A DNA stretch of 60,694 nt, the filler included. It is 9 parts of 9 records of this genome, joined end to end, with 100 filler letters (N's around TTAATTAATTAA, not from the genome) between each part and the next. Parts side by side here need not be neighbours in the genome. Positions count along the whole stretch, not along the records: positions 1 to 5,826 come from SRR31147125_72413; positions 5,927 to 12,053 come from SRR31147125_72415; 7 more parts are not named here. One strand, written 5' to 3'. Made by a program: the position numbers and the translations under genes. Below, piece by piece: positions 1 to 9,519 of this stretch; position 1 is the stretch's first letter, and each line of letters begins with the position of its first letter. The notes below the pieces were generated by a model. That model did not search any database. It was not told the DNA's origin and saw only the letters and a list, made by a program, of their open reading frames with translations.

Positions 1-372
1 ATTTGGATGGCGGAATTTCCTCATGCAGCTGTGGACAGGGATCTTTTTCCAACTGGTGATGCCGTTTATCATCATTTGCTACAGCATGGTGGTATTCACC
101 CTATACTCCCCAGGATTCCTTCTCGCCGTATGGATTTTGGTTTACCTGGTCTACCTTGGGATTACCCTGGCCTTTTTTCTTTTGTATGTCGGTATGCTTT
201 CAGATCGGCCCAGGAGGACATGCGGTCGCTATGGCTCATTCCGCTGGTGCCGTTTTACACCTTTGGCTTGCGCGTGTGGAACGCGTTGGCCACCTTGAAG
301 GAGATCGTTTTGCGGTCTCACCTGGATTCGTCCATGGCGCCCTGGTGGGTGTTGAAACAGACAAAATTTTAA
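1..372 (+). CDS. Membrane glycosyltransferase (GT2-like), 3' end only, frameshifted near 210
   Basis: Frame 2 gives TM helices (LWTGIFFQLVMPFII...LSDRP). After CGGCCCAGG (one C short) frame 1 continues QEDMRSLWLIPLVPFY...HLDSSMAPWWVLK, a tail I associate with GT2 proteins encoded next to HlyD-like genes. The catalytic domain lies off-window. Confidence 0.55.
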   Translation: MWMAEFPHAAVDRDLFPTGDAVYHHLLQHGGIHPILPRIPSRRMDFGLPGLPWDYPGLFSFVCRYAFRSAQEDMRSLWLIPLVPFYTFGLRVWNALATLKEIVLRSHLDSSMAPWWVLKQTKF

Positions 373-411
373 AGGACTTGACGGAGAGGCGTAATAAAGC
401 GGGATAAGGAT

Positions 412-2669
412 ATGGCGATCGGGAATCATAAATTCGGGAAGAGAAGTAAATGGCATCAGGCGATTTTTGCTGCTGGATTGGTGTGGTTTGCCATTGCCCG
501 TATCGTCGCCGCCGGTCCTGTTTCGATCTCAGATCCCGGTCGGTCCGACATGGCTGTTCGCTACCTGTCCGAGTTCGAAGCAGCGACCGTCCGTGCACCG
601 GAAGTCCTGGCCGCCGCAGCTGAATTAGAGGAGTATCTATACACGCAGATCCAGGTTGAAGCGCAAAACGGTTGGCGCTTTTTCGGAGGAGGTGATGTCG
701 GTCAATATCGTGAGCAGGTCACGGATGACGATATGCGTTCCTACCAGCGCCTCAACGTCAGAGCCGGCTTGAGATACCCGCTCCTGGGGGCGCGCAACAA
801 AGAGCAAGAACAGACCGTTAGAATGCACAGCGAGGTTAGAAGCAAAGCGCACGAGAATGAACTGACGATCCGGCAAACAGTGCTCGCCGTGCGGATGCAC
901 TATATTAACTACTGGAGTGCCCAGGAGAAGTCACAAGTGGCCGAGCGGTTTTTGCAGAATCGAGCCGAGATGGACCACACACTCAGGGAGCGGACTTCGA
1001 CCGGCCATTTGCGTGATTCCGACCGCCAGGCCCTTATGTCCCAGTTCGCCCTTGTCCATCGTGATCTGGCGCGATCGCAGGCTTTAAAGCACCGAGCCCT
1101 GGGCGCGCTGCGCTTTATGGTCGACGATGCGGTTGAACCGTTCAAGGCGGCCTATCCCACCGTGCCCGTACCCTGCTCGGACGAACAGTTGCTGGAGGCC
1201 TTGATCACAGAGCAGCACCCCCGGATATTGATGGCCACCGATGTGGTAGAGGATCAAAGAATGCTGGTCGCGTTGGCCGATAAGTCTCAAGCCAACGGGC
1301 ATGTTGCGGTTTTTTCGAGCGTCTCTTCAGAATTTGATTCCAGTGAACCGGGATATGGGGTCGGCGTTAACGTGAATTTCGATTTCCCGCTCAAGGTTCG
1401 CCAGGCCGCCTCGGCCAAAAGGAGGGCAGCACGCGCCGCCCTGGAGAAGGCCAAACAACAGATGGCGGCCATGCGGTTTCAGTTGTTGGGAGATGCCCGG
1501 GAGATCCTCGGGCAGTATTTATCCACCAAGAACCAGATTGCCTTTACCGTTCAGCGCCTGTCGGCAGCCAGGGAGGCGGTTCGTGAAAACCTTTTGCGAT
1601 ATGCCTATTTGACCGGAGATGTGGTTGAACAGCTGCAAAAGAGCCGCTTCGACTATTATAAGGCGGCCGTGGAGAGCATCGACGCCTTCGCCCTCCGCCT
1701 GCAGCAGCAGGCGAGGCTGCTGAGTCTTGTTCCGGTCGCTGCAGTCCCTGACCAGGGAAAGGGTGCGGGGGCGGCAGGTGATTTGGATGAATCAAACCGA
1801 GCGACTCCCTGGCCGGGCCACACGACGGACGACTTGTATGCCTGGGATAAATCCCGGGCTACGAGCCCGATGGTAGAAGAACGCGATCAGTCGCTCCCTG
1901 TCCCCAGGTTGGCGGTGTATGCGTGGGACAGCGAGCGTTTGCTGGATCGTTTTGAAACGAACCCCAATCTGATGGTTGATTTGATCGATCACCACATCGA
2001 TCGCTTGCTTGTATCCTATACGGCGGATCAGATCGATGCACTGGGCACTCGTGCCTATAGTGAGCGATGGCATACCCTCATTGACGCGGCGCAACGCCGA
2101 GGCGTGCAGGTCGATTTGCTTCTGGGCGAGCCGCTCTGGATACTGCCCGATCACCGGAACGGCCTGCTGGACGTTGTCCAGCGGTTGACCACGCTGCCCT
2201 TTCAGGGGGTTCATCTGGATCTGGAACCCCACCAGCTGGCACACCTTGGACTTGGCGAGACTTACCTGCTGGATCAGTTGCTGCAGAGCGTCAGGGCCGT
2301 AAAGGCTGTCAGTGATCTTCCTCTGGGGATCAGTGTCCATTACCGATACCTTGATCCCGCCCGGCGGGACGGGGGTTGGGCGGCGATTTCGAGGCCATCG
2401 GTGTAGCCGAGGTCGCCTTGATGATCTACAATGCCAATCCGGGTCGGGTGGTGCGCATCGCCGAGCCGATCCTGCAACACTACCCCACGGTGGATTTTTC
2501 AATCGCCCAGAGCGTCGAGTCCGCATTATCGCCCGAAGAGAGCCATGCAACCCGATCACAAAGTGAATTCCTGAGACACATGCGTCACCTGCGGTCCTTG
2601 TTGAATTATCCCAATTTTCACACCATCCTGGTTCAGTCATGGGCCGAGTATGAAGAGATGCAGCCATGA
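412..2669 (+). CDS. TolC-family outer-membrane efflux protein fused to a C-terminal glycoside-hydrolase-like domain (frameshift near 2371-2375)
   Basis: Signal peptide and OEP-like repeats (AGLRYPLLG, GVGVNVNFDFPL, long helical segments), then a linker and a domain with AVYAWDS...VDLLLGEPLW...GVHLDLEPHQL. ORF 412-2406 joins ORF 2376-2669 if one G is added to GACGGGGGTTG. Confidence 0.7.
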
Positions 2670-3736
2670 AGGTAAGCTTTTTACGAAAAGAGAAAGATCC
2701 CACTGTCGTCCACGGCATGAAGGTGCCGTATGCACCGGCCAAACGGCATGCGGCCAAGCTGCGCTGGTATATCATTCTTCTGCTGGTCTCCAGTCCGCTG
2801 ATCTACTTCCTGATCAAGCTGGGCATGGCTTGGATGATCGTCGCTGCACCGGGCTATATCACCATGGATCAAGTCGAGATCAACAGCAAGGCCGACGGAG
2901 TCGTCGATCATGTGTACGTGCAGGTCGGTCAGGACATTGCAGCCGGGGGAACGGTCGTTCGCCTGTTCAATCCGCATCTGGCGTCTCAAATGGTGTTGCG
3001 CCGGGCGGAATTGAGCACACTGGTGCCGGATGGGTTGACGGCAGGGTCCGCCCAGGTCGATCTGCTGAAAAGAAGAGTTTCCCTGGCCAAGGAAAACCTG
3101 TCGGTGGCCAAAGCGTACCTCAACAATGTGGATTTTCTCTTTGGACAAGGGGCGGCGACGGTGGCGGAGTTGAATCAGGCCAGGGAGCGTCGCAACCGGA
3201 CTCAGATTGAATATGACGAGGCCCTGTTTGACTACAGGCGCTTATCCGATGGAAGCGGTCAAACAGCCGCCAATGGCGATCGTTCTCGGGAGGTGGCGCG
3301 GAAGAGAATCGAAGCTCAGATTGAATCATTGGAACGGGATCAGGAGCGATTGGTTCAAACCACTCCGTTTGCCGGACGGGTGTTGGATGTATTGGCCCGG
3401 GAGGGCGAGTCCCTGTCCAACGGCGTACCGATCCTGCTGCTTGGCCGAGCGGAAACACCATATGTGGAGGCCTATCTTGAACCCAAATATGCCGACTATG
3501 CCCGTAAAGGTGCGGAGGCGGTGGTCAAGTTTTCCGACGGGACACGCCTTCAGGCGGTTGTGCGCGAAGATGCCGGTCTGGCCCGAAGACTGCCGGCTGA
3601 TTTGACCTCTCCCATTGGATCGCGGGATATGATGCTGATGGTGCGATTGGACCTGATTGAACCGCTGCCCGACATTCAGTGGATTCATGGACTGCCGGTG
3701 TCGGTGCGGTTCAGGTTCAGATCCACTATCTTTTGA
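2666..3736 (+). CDS. HlyD-family membrane fusion protein
   Basis: N-terminal TM helix, lipoyl-like halves (INSKADGVVDHVYVQVGQ; TPFAGRVLDV...GE), coiled coil. ATGA overlap with the upstream gene. Confidence 0.85.
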   Translation: MKVSFLRKEKDPTVVHGMKVPYAPAKRHAAKLRWYIILLLVSSPLIYFLIKLGMAWMIVAAPGYITMDQVEINSKADGVVDHVYVQVGQDIAAGGTVVRLFNPHLASQMVLRRAELSTLVPDGLTAGSAQVDLLKRRVSLAKENLSVAKAYLNNVDFLFGQGAATVAELNQARERRNRTQIEYDEALFDYRRLSDGSGQTAANGDRSREVARKRIEAQIESLERDQERLVQTTPFAGRVLDVLAREGESLSNGVPILLLGRAETPYVEAYLEPKYADYARKGAEAVVKFSDGTRLQAVVREDAGLARRLPADLTSPIGSRDMMLMVRLDLIEPLPDIQWIHGLPVSVRFRFRSTIF

Positions 3737-4565
3737 TTTTCGATTGCCTCAACTGAATGTAGGCATTGCGGAAGGCCTCATAAGGATCGAGGGCGGCCTC
3801 TTTGAGGGCCTCGTAGTCGTCGGCTCGAAAGGAGAGACTGTTCAGGATGTTGTAGCTGGTGACCCCCAGCGATACTTCCCACGGCTCGACGAACCCCAAC
3901 GGACTGATCCAACGATCGCCCACCATGCCGACTGTATCGCGCAGGGTGGATGGGCCCAGAAAGGGCAGGTAGAGGTAGAATCCATCTCCGATGCCGTAGC
4001 GGGCCAGCGTCTGGCCCAGGTCTTCCGGATCGGGATTGAGATCCGGGTTTTTTCCGGCTGGATCGCCGAAACCAAGCACTCCTACGGTGGAGTTGTAAAG
4101 GAATCGGGCGATTTCCGCTTCCGCGGCCTGACCTTTTCCCTGCAGAATATTGTTGAAGATTCGTATCGGGGCAGTAATGTTGTAGAAGAAGTTTTTAACC
4201 CCTGTCCGGATTTGAGGCTCCACTACCGTGCGATATCCTTTGGCCACCGGTATCATTATCCAGACGTAGAGCTTGTCATTGAAGACGAACATTACCCGGT
4301 TGAAGGGTTCCAGGGGGTCGGCCACTGTGTAGATCTCGTCGGCCGCCTCATCACCCCAATCCAGATCGTCTTCCAAAAGCAGCAGCTCTTCATCGGTGAG
4401 ATCGCTACCCTGGTCTCTGTCGGCCTCCTCCAATGTGGATTGAGCTCCTTCTGCAGGCTGCGGCTGGGCGTCGAGGTTGTTGGCCTTTTTGGTTCCGGCA
4501 CAGCCGATCAGAAGAAGAAGTGCTGTGGCAATCAGGGCGGCTCTGATATATGGCGGTTTTTTCAT
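3726..4565 (-). CDS. mlaA: MlaA/VacJ family lipoprotein
   Basis: Lipobox LLLIGC; motifs DPLEPFNRVMF, EDLGQTLARYG, LPFLGPSTLRD, DPYEAFRNAYIQ. Confidence 0.93.
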   Translation of the reverse strand: MKKPPYIRAALIATALLLLIGCAGTKKANNLDAQPQPAEGAQSTLEEADRDQGSDLTDEELLLLEDDLDWGDEAADEIYTVADPLEPFNRVMFVFNDKLYVWIMIPVAKGYRTVVEPQIRTGVKNFFYNITAPIRIFNNILQGKGQAAEAEIARFLYNSTVGVLGFGDPAGKNPDLNPDPEDLGQTLARYGIGDGFYLYLPFLGPSTLRDTVGMVGDRWISPLGFVEPWEVSLGVTSYNILNSLSFRADDYEALKEAALDPYEAFRNAYIQLRQSKIKR

Positions 4566-4606
4566 TTGCGGGTCGGTTCAATTCCTGTTGCAAGGTAGCG
4601 TGGCAA

Positions 4607-5230
4607 TTACTGCGCGGCTCTGTTTTGTTCTTTCAGTTTTTTCTCCAGGCGCTGGATCAGTTCGGCAGGTGTCTCTTTTTGAAGGACGGATCGGAACTGG
4701 ACGCGATAGTTCTGGACCAGGCTGACCCCGTTCTCCACCAGGATGTCATAAACCTTCCAATCGGTGTCGTTCTTTCTCATGCGGTAGTCGATCGGGATTT
4801 CACTATTTGCGCGGACCAGTTTGGTTCGAACCAGGGCGAGCGGCTCCTTGACCAGCTCTTTGAGGTAGACAATTTGCTCGTTATGATACTCTCCCTGTAT
4901 CTTGTCGATATAGGTATTGCTGAGAAACGCCGCAAAGACGTCGGTGAATTTGGTCTTCTCCGTTTCGGTAAAATCATTCCATTTGGGGCCGACCGTTCTC
5001 CGGCTGATCTCTTTGAAATCGAACATCGGGTGGGATATTTCCCAGATCTTCTCCCTTTGTGGGCCTTTTTGGTCAGGCGCATGGTAGCGCGGATCGTTGA
5101 GTACGTTGATAATCTGATCGATTCTATCTTTAATTGTGTTCAACGGCGTCAGGGATTCGTTGCTTGCCATGGCCGTGCCGATCGACAGGCAACATATCAG
5201 CAGGGCGGTCGCCCAGCGTTTAATCACCAT
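4607..5230 (-). CDS. mlaC: MlaC/Ttg2D phospholipid-binding periplasmic protein
   Basis: Signal peptide; C-terminal IDYRM...WKVYDILVENGVSLVQNYRVQF. Confidence 0.92.
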   Translation of the reverse strand: MVIKRWATALLICCLSIGTAMASNESLTPLNTIKDRIDQIINVLNDPRYHAPDQKGPQREKIWEISHPMFDFKEISRRTVGPKWNDFTETEKTKFTDVFAAFLSNTYIDKIQGEYHNEQIVYLKELVKEPLALVRTKLVRANSEIPIDYRMRKNDTDWKVYDILVENGVSLVQNYRVQFRSVLQKETPAELIQRLEKKLKEQNRAAQ

Positions 5231-5678
5231 GTGAGGTTCCTTTCACTTTGGCAGATGTCGGTTGCGTTTTCAGGGAAGCAAAGCCCATACCAGCTAATCC
5301 CTTTCGAATAGTGTTTCACTGTTCACATGCAGTTTGCCGACGACATCTCACCTATCGGATATTTTGGAGAAATCTTTAATTTACCGATTCGCTCGAACGT
5401 CCATACTATATAGAGAGTTGCCCAACCGGTGTCAAGCAGCAAGGATAAAACCTTTCAGTAAAAACGGTAGCATATCAATCTTGTCGGTTTTTACGGGAGG
5501 TTGCTTGGGAAAGTATTCGCGGTGTGGTATAGAGGGGGCAAATGGGAAAAAAATGTCATTGCTTTTGGGTAGGCGTTTGCCTAGCTTGACACAACCCATC
5601 TACAGCGTGATTATCCGTTTTTTTGCTAAATGTTGTAATTTGAGATAGTTGCGCTATTTCCGGCCGGCTGAATGGTTG

Positions 5679-5695
5679 TTGGCACCATCATTGCG
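5679..5695 (+). promoter_or_regulatory. Sigma54 (-24/-12) promoter
   Basis: TTGGCAC-CATCA-TTGCG with exact GG-N10-GC spacing. Predicted start near 5706, just upstream of the riboswitch. Confidence 0.75.
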
Positions 5696-5711
5696 TAGGA
5701 TATGGCCTTAG

Positions 5712-5792
5712 ATAGCCAGAAAAGCCAAACTTCGGGTAACCGGAGGACGGAAAGTTTCGGATCCGCTAAAGCGGATGGCCGGGCCGCCTGGA
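5712..5792 (+). ncRNA. Cyclic di-GMP-I (GEMM-I) riboswitch
   Basis: CCAGAAAA-GCCAAA-CTTCGG-GTAA-CCGGAG-GACGGAAAG-TTTCGGATCCGC-TAAA-GCGGATGGCCGGGCCGC-CTGG. Contains a GNRA-capped stem, the conserved GACGGAAAG junction, a second stem and a CCAG/CTGG closing helix. Confidence 0.85.
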
Positions 5793-5826
5793 ATGAAAGA
5801 TGTTCCAATAACCGGGTTGCCTGGAG

Positions 5827-5926
5827 NNNNNNNNNNNNNNNNNNNNNNNNNNNNNNNNNNNNNNNNNNNNTTAATTAATTAANNNNNNNNNNNNNNNNNN
5901 NNNNNNNNNNNNNNNNNNNNNNNNNN
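5827..5926. other. Artificial contig spacer. Identical spacers at 12054-12153, 18322-18421, 24822-24921, 30821-30920, 38599-38698, 43855-43954 and 51046-51145
   Basis: N44 + TTAATTAATTAA (stops in all six frames) + N44. Genes are truncated at the joins and composition changes across them. Confidence 0.99.
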
Positions 5927-5984
5927 ATTGCGACGGACTTTTTTAGCATCGATTTTCTCCGGTCTAACTGCTAGTATTAATTCG

Positions 5985-8390
5985 CTATGAGTCTTTGTTT
6001 TCTTCGCCTCTAATCGGCATTCCTGCTTTATTCAAAGCTCTTACAAGTCTTTCATGAATTGCCTGAACTTCATCATGTGAGAGTGTCTTGTCTTTAGCAC
6101 CAAACACCAAATGATATGTTACAGCTTTTTTGCCTTCCGGCATTTTATCGCCTTCATATAAATACAGGAATTTATGCTTTAGCAACTGTTTTTTGCCGGC
6201 TTTTTTGATAACGTCTTCGATGTCTCCGACAGGCGTTCTGGTATCTACAACGACAGTGATTTCTATCGGATTAACCGGGAATTTGCGTAGTGGTGTAAAT
6301 TTCATTGTGCCGCGAGGTAAATCGAAAAGTACATCGAAATCAAGATCGAAGATACCGACTCTGGTTTTAATGTCGAATTCCTCGGCAACGCCCGGATGAA
6401 GCTCGGTAATTGTTCCGACAAATTTGCCGATTATGAAAAGATCAACACTGCGTCCGGGATGCGCCCAGCTAGGTACTGATTTAGATCTCTTTAGGTCGAA
6501 GCGTTTGAATCCAAGTATTTCTACAAATTTTTGTATTGCGCCCTTTACTGAGTAAAAAGGAGTATCTCCTTCTCCGAAAATGGCACCGGAAACACGGAAA
6601 TTTTCTTCTGCCAGATCTTTGGAATTCAGGTCGTTTTTAAGGATCGTTCTTCCTATTTCAAAAATGCGGAACTGATCCAGTTGCTTTTGATTGGTGACAA
6701 TATTTTGAACCAGATTCGTGATAAGATCGGTTCTCATTCTGTCCGCTTCAACAGACGATGGATTTTTAAGCTTCAAACATTTTTCAGGATCAAGCCCAAG
6801 TTTTGTCATATGTTTTTCGGAGACAAACGAATAGTTGTAGACTTCATCAAAACCGAGACCACTAGTGAAAATATCCCTAACCAGCCACTCGAATTTTCTT
6901 TTGTTGTTTATTTTGGGAGGATCAGACAAAACCAAAGGTGCAACAGGAATGATGTTATCATAACCATAGGTTCTACCAATTTCTTCAACGATATCTGCCT
7001 TGATTCCTATGTCGCCTGTTGCTCTCCAGGTAGGTACACCTATTTTTAGGAGTCCGCCATCAAGTTCCTGGACATCGAATTGTAGTCTTTTCAAAATGTC
7101 TACAATTAGTTCTTCGGAAAGCTTTTCGCCGATTCTCTGATGGATGTATTCAAAGCTGATTTCGATTTCCGATTTTTCTGGTTTTACCGGCCATGAGTCA
7201 AGAAAATCTGATGCGACTCTTGCTTCCGGACATGTCAAACGGATCAGTTCGACCGCTCGAATGATTGAAGCGCGGGTGTTTACCGGATCAAGACCTTTTT
7301 CAAATCGCTTGGAAGCTTCCGTTCTCATTCCTAGTCTTGATGCTGTTCGTCGGATTGTCGTTGCGTGGAAGTTTGCCGATTCAAGTACCAGTTCTGTTGT
7401 ATCTTCTTCGATTTCACTGTTAAGTCCACCCATAATGCCACCAAGGGCGACTGCTCTATTTGCATCAGCGATTACTATATCGTTTTTAAATAGCTTGTGT
7501 TCGGCTTCATCAAGAGTTGTGAATTCTTCATTGTCATTTGCTCGTCTGATGACAATTACATCGCCTTCGATTTGACGTCTGTCAAAGGCGTGCATTGGTT
7601 GACCCATTTCAAGCATTACAAAGTTTGTCACGTCAACGAGGTTGTTGATAGGGCGAACTCCAACTGCTCGTAATCTTTGCTGAATCCACATCGGGGATGG
7701 TTTTACATATACATTTTTTACAACCAGTCCGGAGTATCTTGGACATAGATCCGTTGTTTGATTGTCGATTTTAAGCGGATCGACATCACCGGATTTTTCG
7801 ATGATGTTTTCGTTAGTTCCCCAATTAAATGGTTTTTTATAGATGGCTGAGAATTCTCTGGCAAAACCTACATGCCCCCAAAGATCAGGTCGGTGTGTCA
7901 GTGATTTGTTTTCAATCTCGAAAACTATATCAGAATCGCCATAAATTTTATCGAGGGTTATGCCGACTTCAGTATCTTCCGGATAAACGATAATGCCATC
8001 GTGATCCTCGGAAAGACCGAGTTCATCTTCCGCCAAAACCATTCCTTCGGATTTGATGCCTCTGATCTTTCCGGCTTTTAGTTTGCCTGTGGGAAGTTCT
8101 GCTCCGATTCTGGCAAAAGCTACAATTTGTCCCTCGGCAACATTCGGCGCACCACAAACAACTTCGATTGTACCGGCACCATCATCTACTGTAACGAGCT
8201 TGAGCTTGTCCGCATCGGGATGAGGTTTTGTTTTTAGAACTTTTGCCGTTTTTATCTGTGAGAAGTGTTTGCCGATGATTTCGATGCCTTCGACTTCGGC
8301 GGTGCTGATCGTGACGCGTTCCATCACGTTCTCTGGTGAAAGCTCACCAAGTTCTACATAATCTTTTATCCAGCTTAATGAAATAAACAT
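5985..8390 (-). CDS. pheT: Phenylalanine-tRNA ligase beta subunit
   Basis: 801 aa; HPDADKL, VVCGAPN, HRPDLWGHVGFARE, INNLVDVTN, MGQPMHAFD, EEIGRTYGYDNI, C-terminal FDX-ACB domain. Confidence 0.97.
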   Translation of the reverse strand: MFISLSWIKDYVELGELSPENVMERVTISTAEVEGIEIIGKHFSQIKTAKVLKTKPHPDADKLKLVTVDDGAGTIEVVCGAPNVAEGQIVAFARIGAELPTGKLKAGKIRGIKSEGMVLAEDELGLSEDHDGIIVYPEDTEVGITLDKIYGDSDIVFEIENKSLTHRPDLWGHVGFAREFSAIYKKPFNWGTNENIIEKSGDVDPLKIDNQTTDLCPRYSGLVVKNVYVKPSPMWIQQRLRAVGVRPINNLVDVTNFVMLEMGQPMHAFDRRQIEGDVIVIRRANDNEEFTTLDEAEHKLFKNDIVIADANRAVALGGIMGGLNSEIEEDTTELVLESANFHATTIRRTASRLGMRTEASKRFEKGLDPVNTRASIIRAVELIRLTCPEARVASDFLDSWPVKPEKSEIEISFEYIHQRIGEKLSEELIVDILKRLQFDVQELDGGLLKIGVPTWRATGDIGIKADIVEEIGRTYGYDNIIPVAPLVLSDPPKINNKRKFEWLVRDIFTSGLGFDEVYNYSFVSEKHMTKLGLDPEKCLKLKNPSSVEADRMRTDLITNLVQNIVTNQKQLDQFRIFEIGRTILKNDLNSKDLAEENFRVSGAIFGEGDTPFYSVKGAIQKFVEILGFKRFDLKRSKSVPSWAHPGRSVDLFIIGKFVGTITELHPGVAEEFDIKTRVGIFDLDFDVLFDLPRGTMKFTPLRKFPVNPIEITVVVDTRTPVGDIEDVIKKAGKKQLLKHKFLYLYEGDKMPEGKKAVTYHLVFGAKDKTLSHDEVQAIHERLVRALNKAGMPIRGEENKDS

Positions 8391-8436
8391 CTATCTTCCT
8401 TAAAAGCTAAGCTTTGGTAATAACTCCAATTTGATC

Positions 8437-9456
8437 TTAAAATTGTCTGACAAATCTCAGATCACCCGATAGGAAGTGACGAATATCATCAATCCCGTGA
8501 CGCATCATAATCAGTCTGCTAAGTCCCAAACCGAATGCAAAACCTGAGTATTTATCAGGATCTATGCCAGCCATGCTTAGAACGTTTGGATGAACAAGAC
8601 CACAAGGAAGCAGTTCTACCCAGCCGGTTTGTTTGCAAACCGAGCATCCTGAGCCGTGGCAAATCTGGCATTGAATATCAAGCTCGAAGCCCGGTTCAAC
8701 GAATGGGAAGTAGCCTGGTCTGAGTCTGATTTCCGTATCTTTTTTAAAGATTTCTTTTAAAAGCGACTTCATGAAGTGAATGAGGTTTGCTACAGAAATA
8801 TCTTTGTCAACCATCAAGCCTTCCATCTGCCAGAATGTATCTTCGTGGCTGGCGTCTTTTGCTTCATATCTGAAAACTCGTCCCGGAGCAATCAATCTTA
8901 GTGGAGGTTTTCTTTTGGCCATTCCACGAACCTGAATGCACGAAGTGTGAGTTCTTAGTAAGTTGCCATCAGCAGTCCAGTATGTATCCTGCATGTCTCT
9001 TGCCGGGTGATCGGCTGGTATATTCAGGGCCTCGAAGTTGTTATAATCTGTCTCTACTTCTGGCCCATCGAGAGTTTCAAAACCCATTGAAGTGAAGATT
9101 TCTTCAAGTTCTTTTTGAATTAGCGAAATTGGATGAGTGCGGCCTACAGTTTGTTGATTTCCCGGAAGAGTTACATCGATCCATTCTTCATCAGCGATTC
9201 CAGAGAATTTACCGGCACTTAGCTCCTCGCCTCTGTCTTCAATCGCTTTTTCAACGGATTTTTTCACGTCGTTGATAAGCATTCCGAATTCACGACGTTC
9301 TTCTTTCGGAACATCTTTCATCATCTTCATGCTGGCCGTAATCGAGCCTTTTCGACCCATATATTTGACACGACAATCATTCAATTCCTCATCGGAACCA
9401 CATGAAGCAATTTCAGCCAATGCTTCTTCTTTTAATGCTAACAACTTGTCTTTCAT
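8437..9456 (-). CDS. pheS: Phenylalanine-tRNA ligase alpha subunit
   Basis: NFEALNIPADHPARDMQDT, LLRTHTS, RPGYFPFVEP, GFAFGLG. Confidence 0.98.
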   Translation of the reverse strand: MKDKLLALKEEALAEIASCGSDEELNDCRVKYMGRKGSITASMKMMKDVPKEERREFGMLINDVKKSVEKAIEDRGEELSAGKFSGIADEEWIDVTLPGNQQTVGRTHPISLIQKELEEIFTSMGFETLDGPEVETDYNNFEALNIPADHPARDMQDTYWTADGNLLRTHTSCIQVRGMAKRKPPLRLIAPGRVFRYEAKDASHEDTFWQMEGLMVDKDISVANLIHFMKSLLKEIFKKDTEIRLRPGYFPFVEPGFELDIQCQICHGSGCSVCKQTGWVELLPCGLVHPNVLSMAGIDPDKYSGFAFGLGLSRLIMMRHGIDDIRHFLSGDLRFVRQF

Positions 9457-9519
9457 CGTTTCGCCGTTTCTTAAGTCTATTGTTAAAATATCAATTATTT
9501 CAAGTGTTTATATTGTTTT

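Noticed and set aside
1792-2775. 327-aa minus-strand ORF
   Set aside because: Antisense to the TolC fusion and HlyD genes; no recognisable motifs.
3657-5311. Long + strand ORFs of 313 and 253 aa
   Set aside because: Antisense shadows of mlaA and mlaC in GC-rich DNA, with no recognisable motifs.
5871-5882. TTAATTAATTAA recurring eight times, superficially a repeat family
   Set aside because: Always centred in N-runs of fixed length; it is an artificial linker.
8630-8675. Cys-rich CQIC...CSVC insert in PheS
   Set aside because: A known variable insert in many bacterial PheS proteins.
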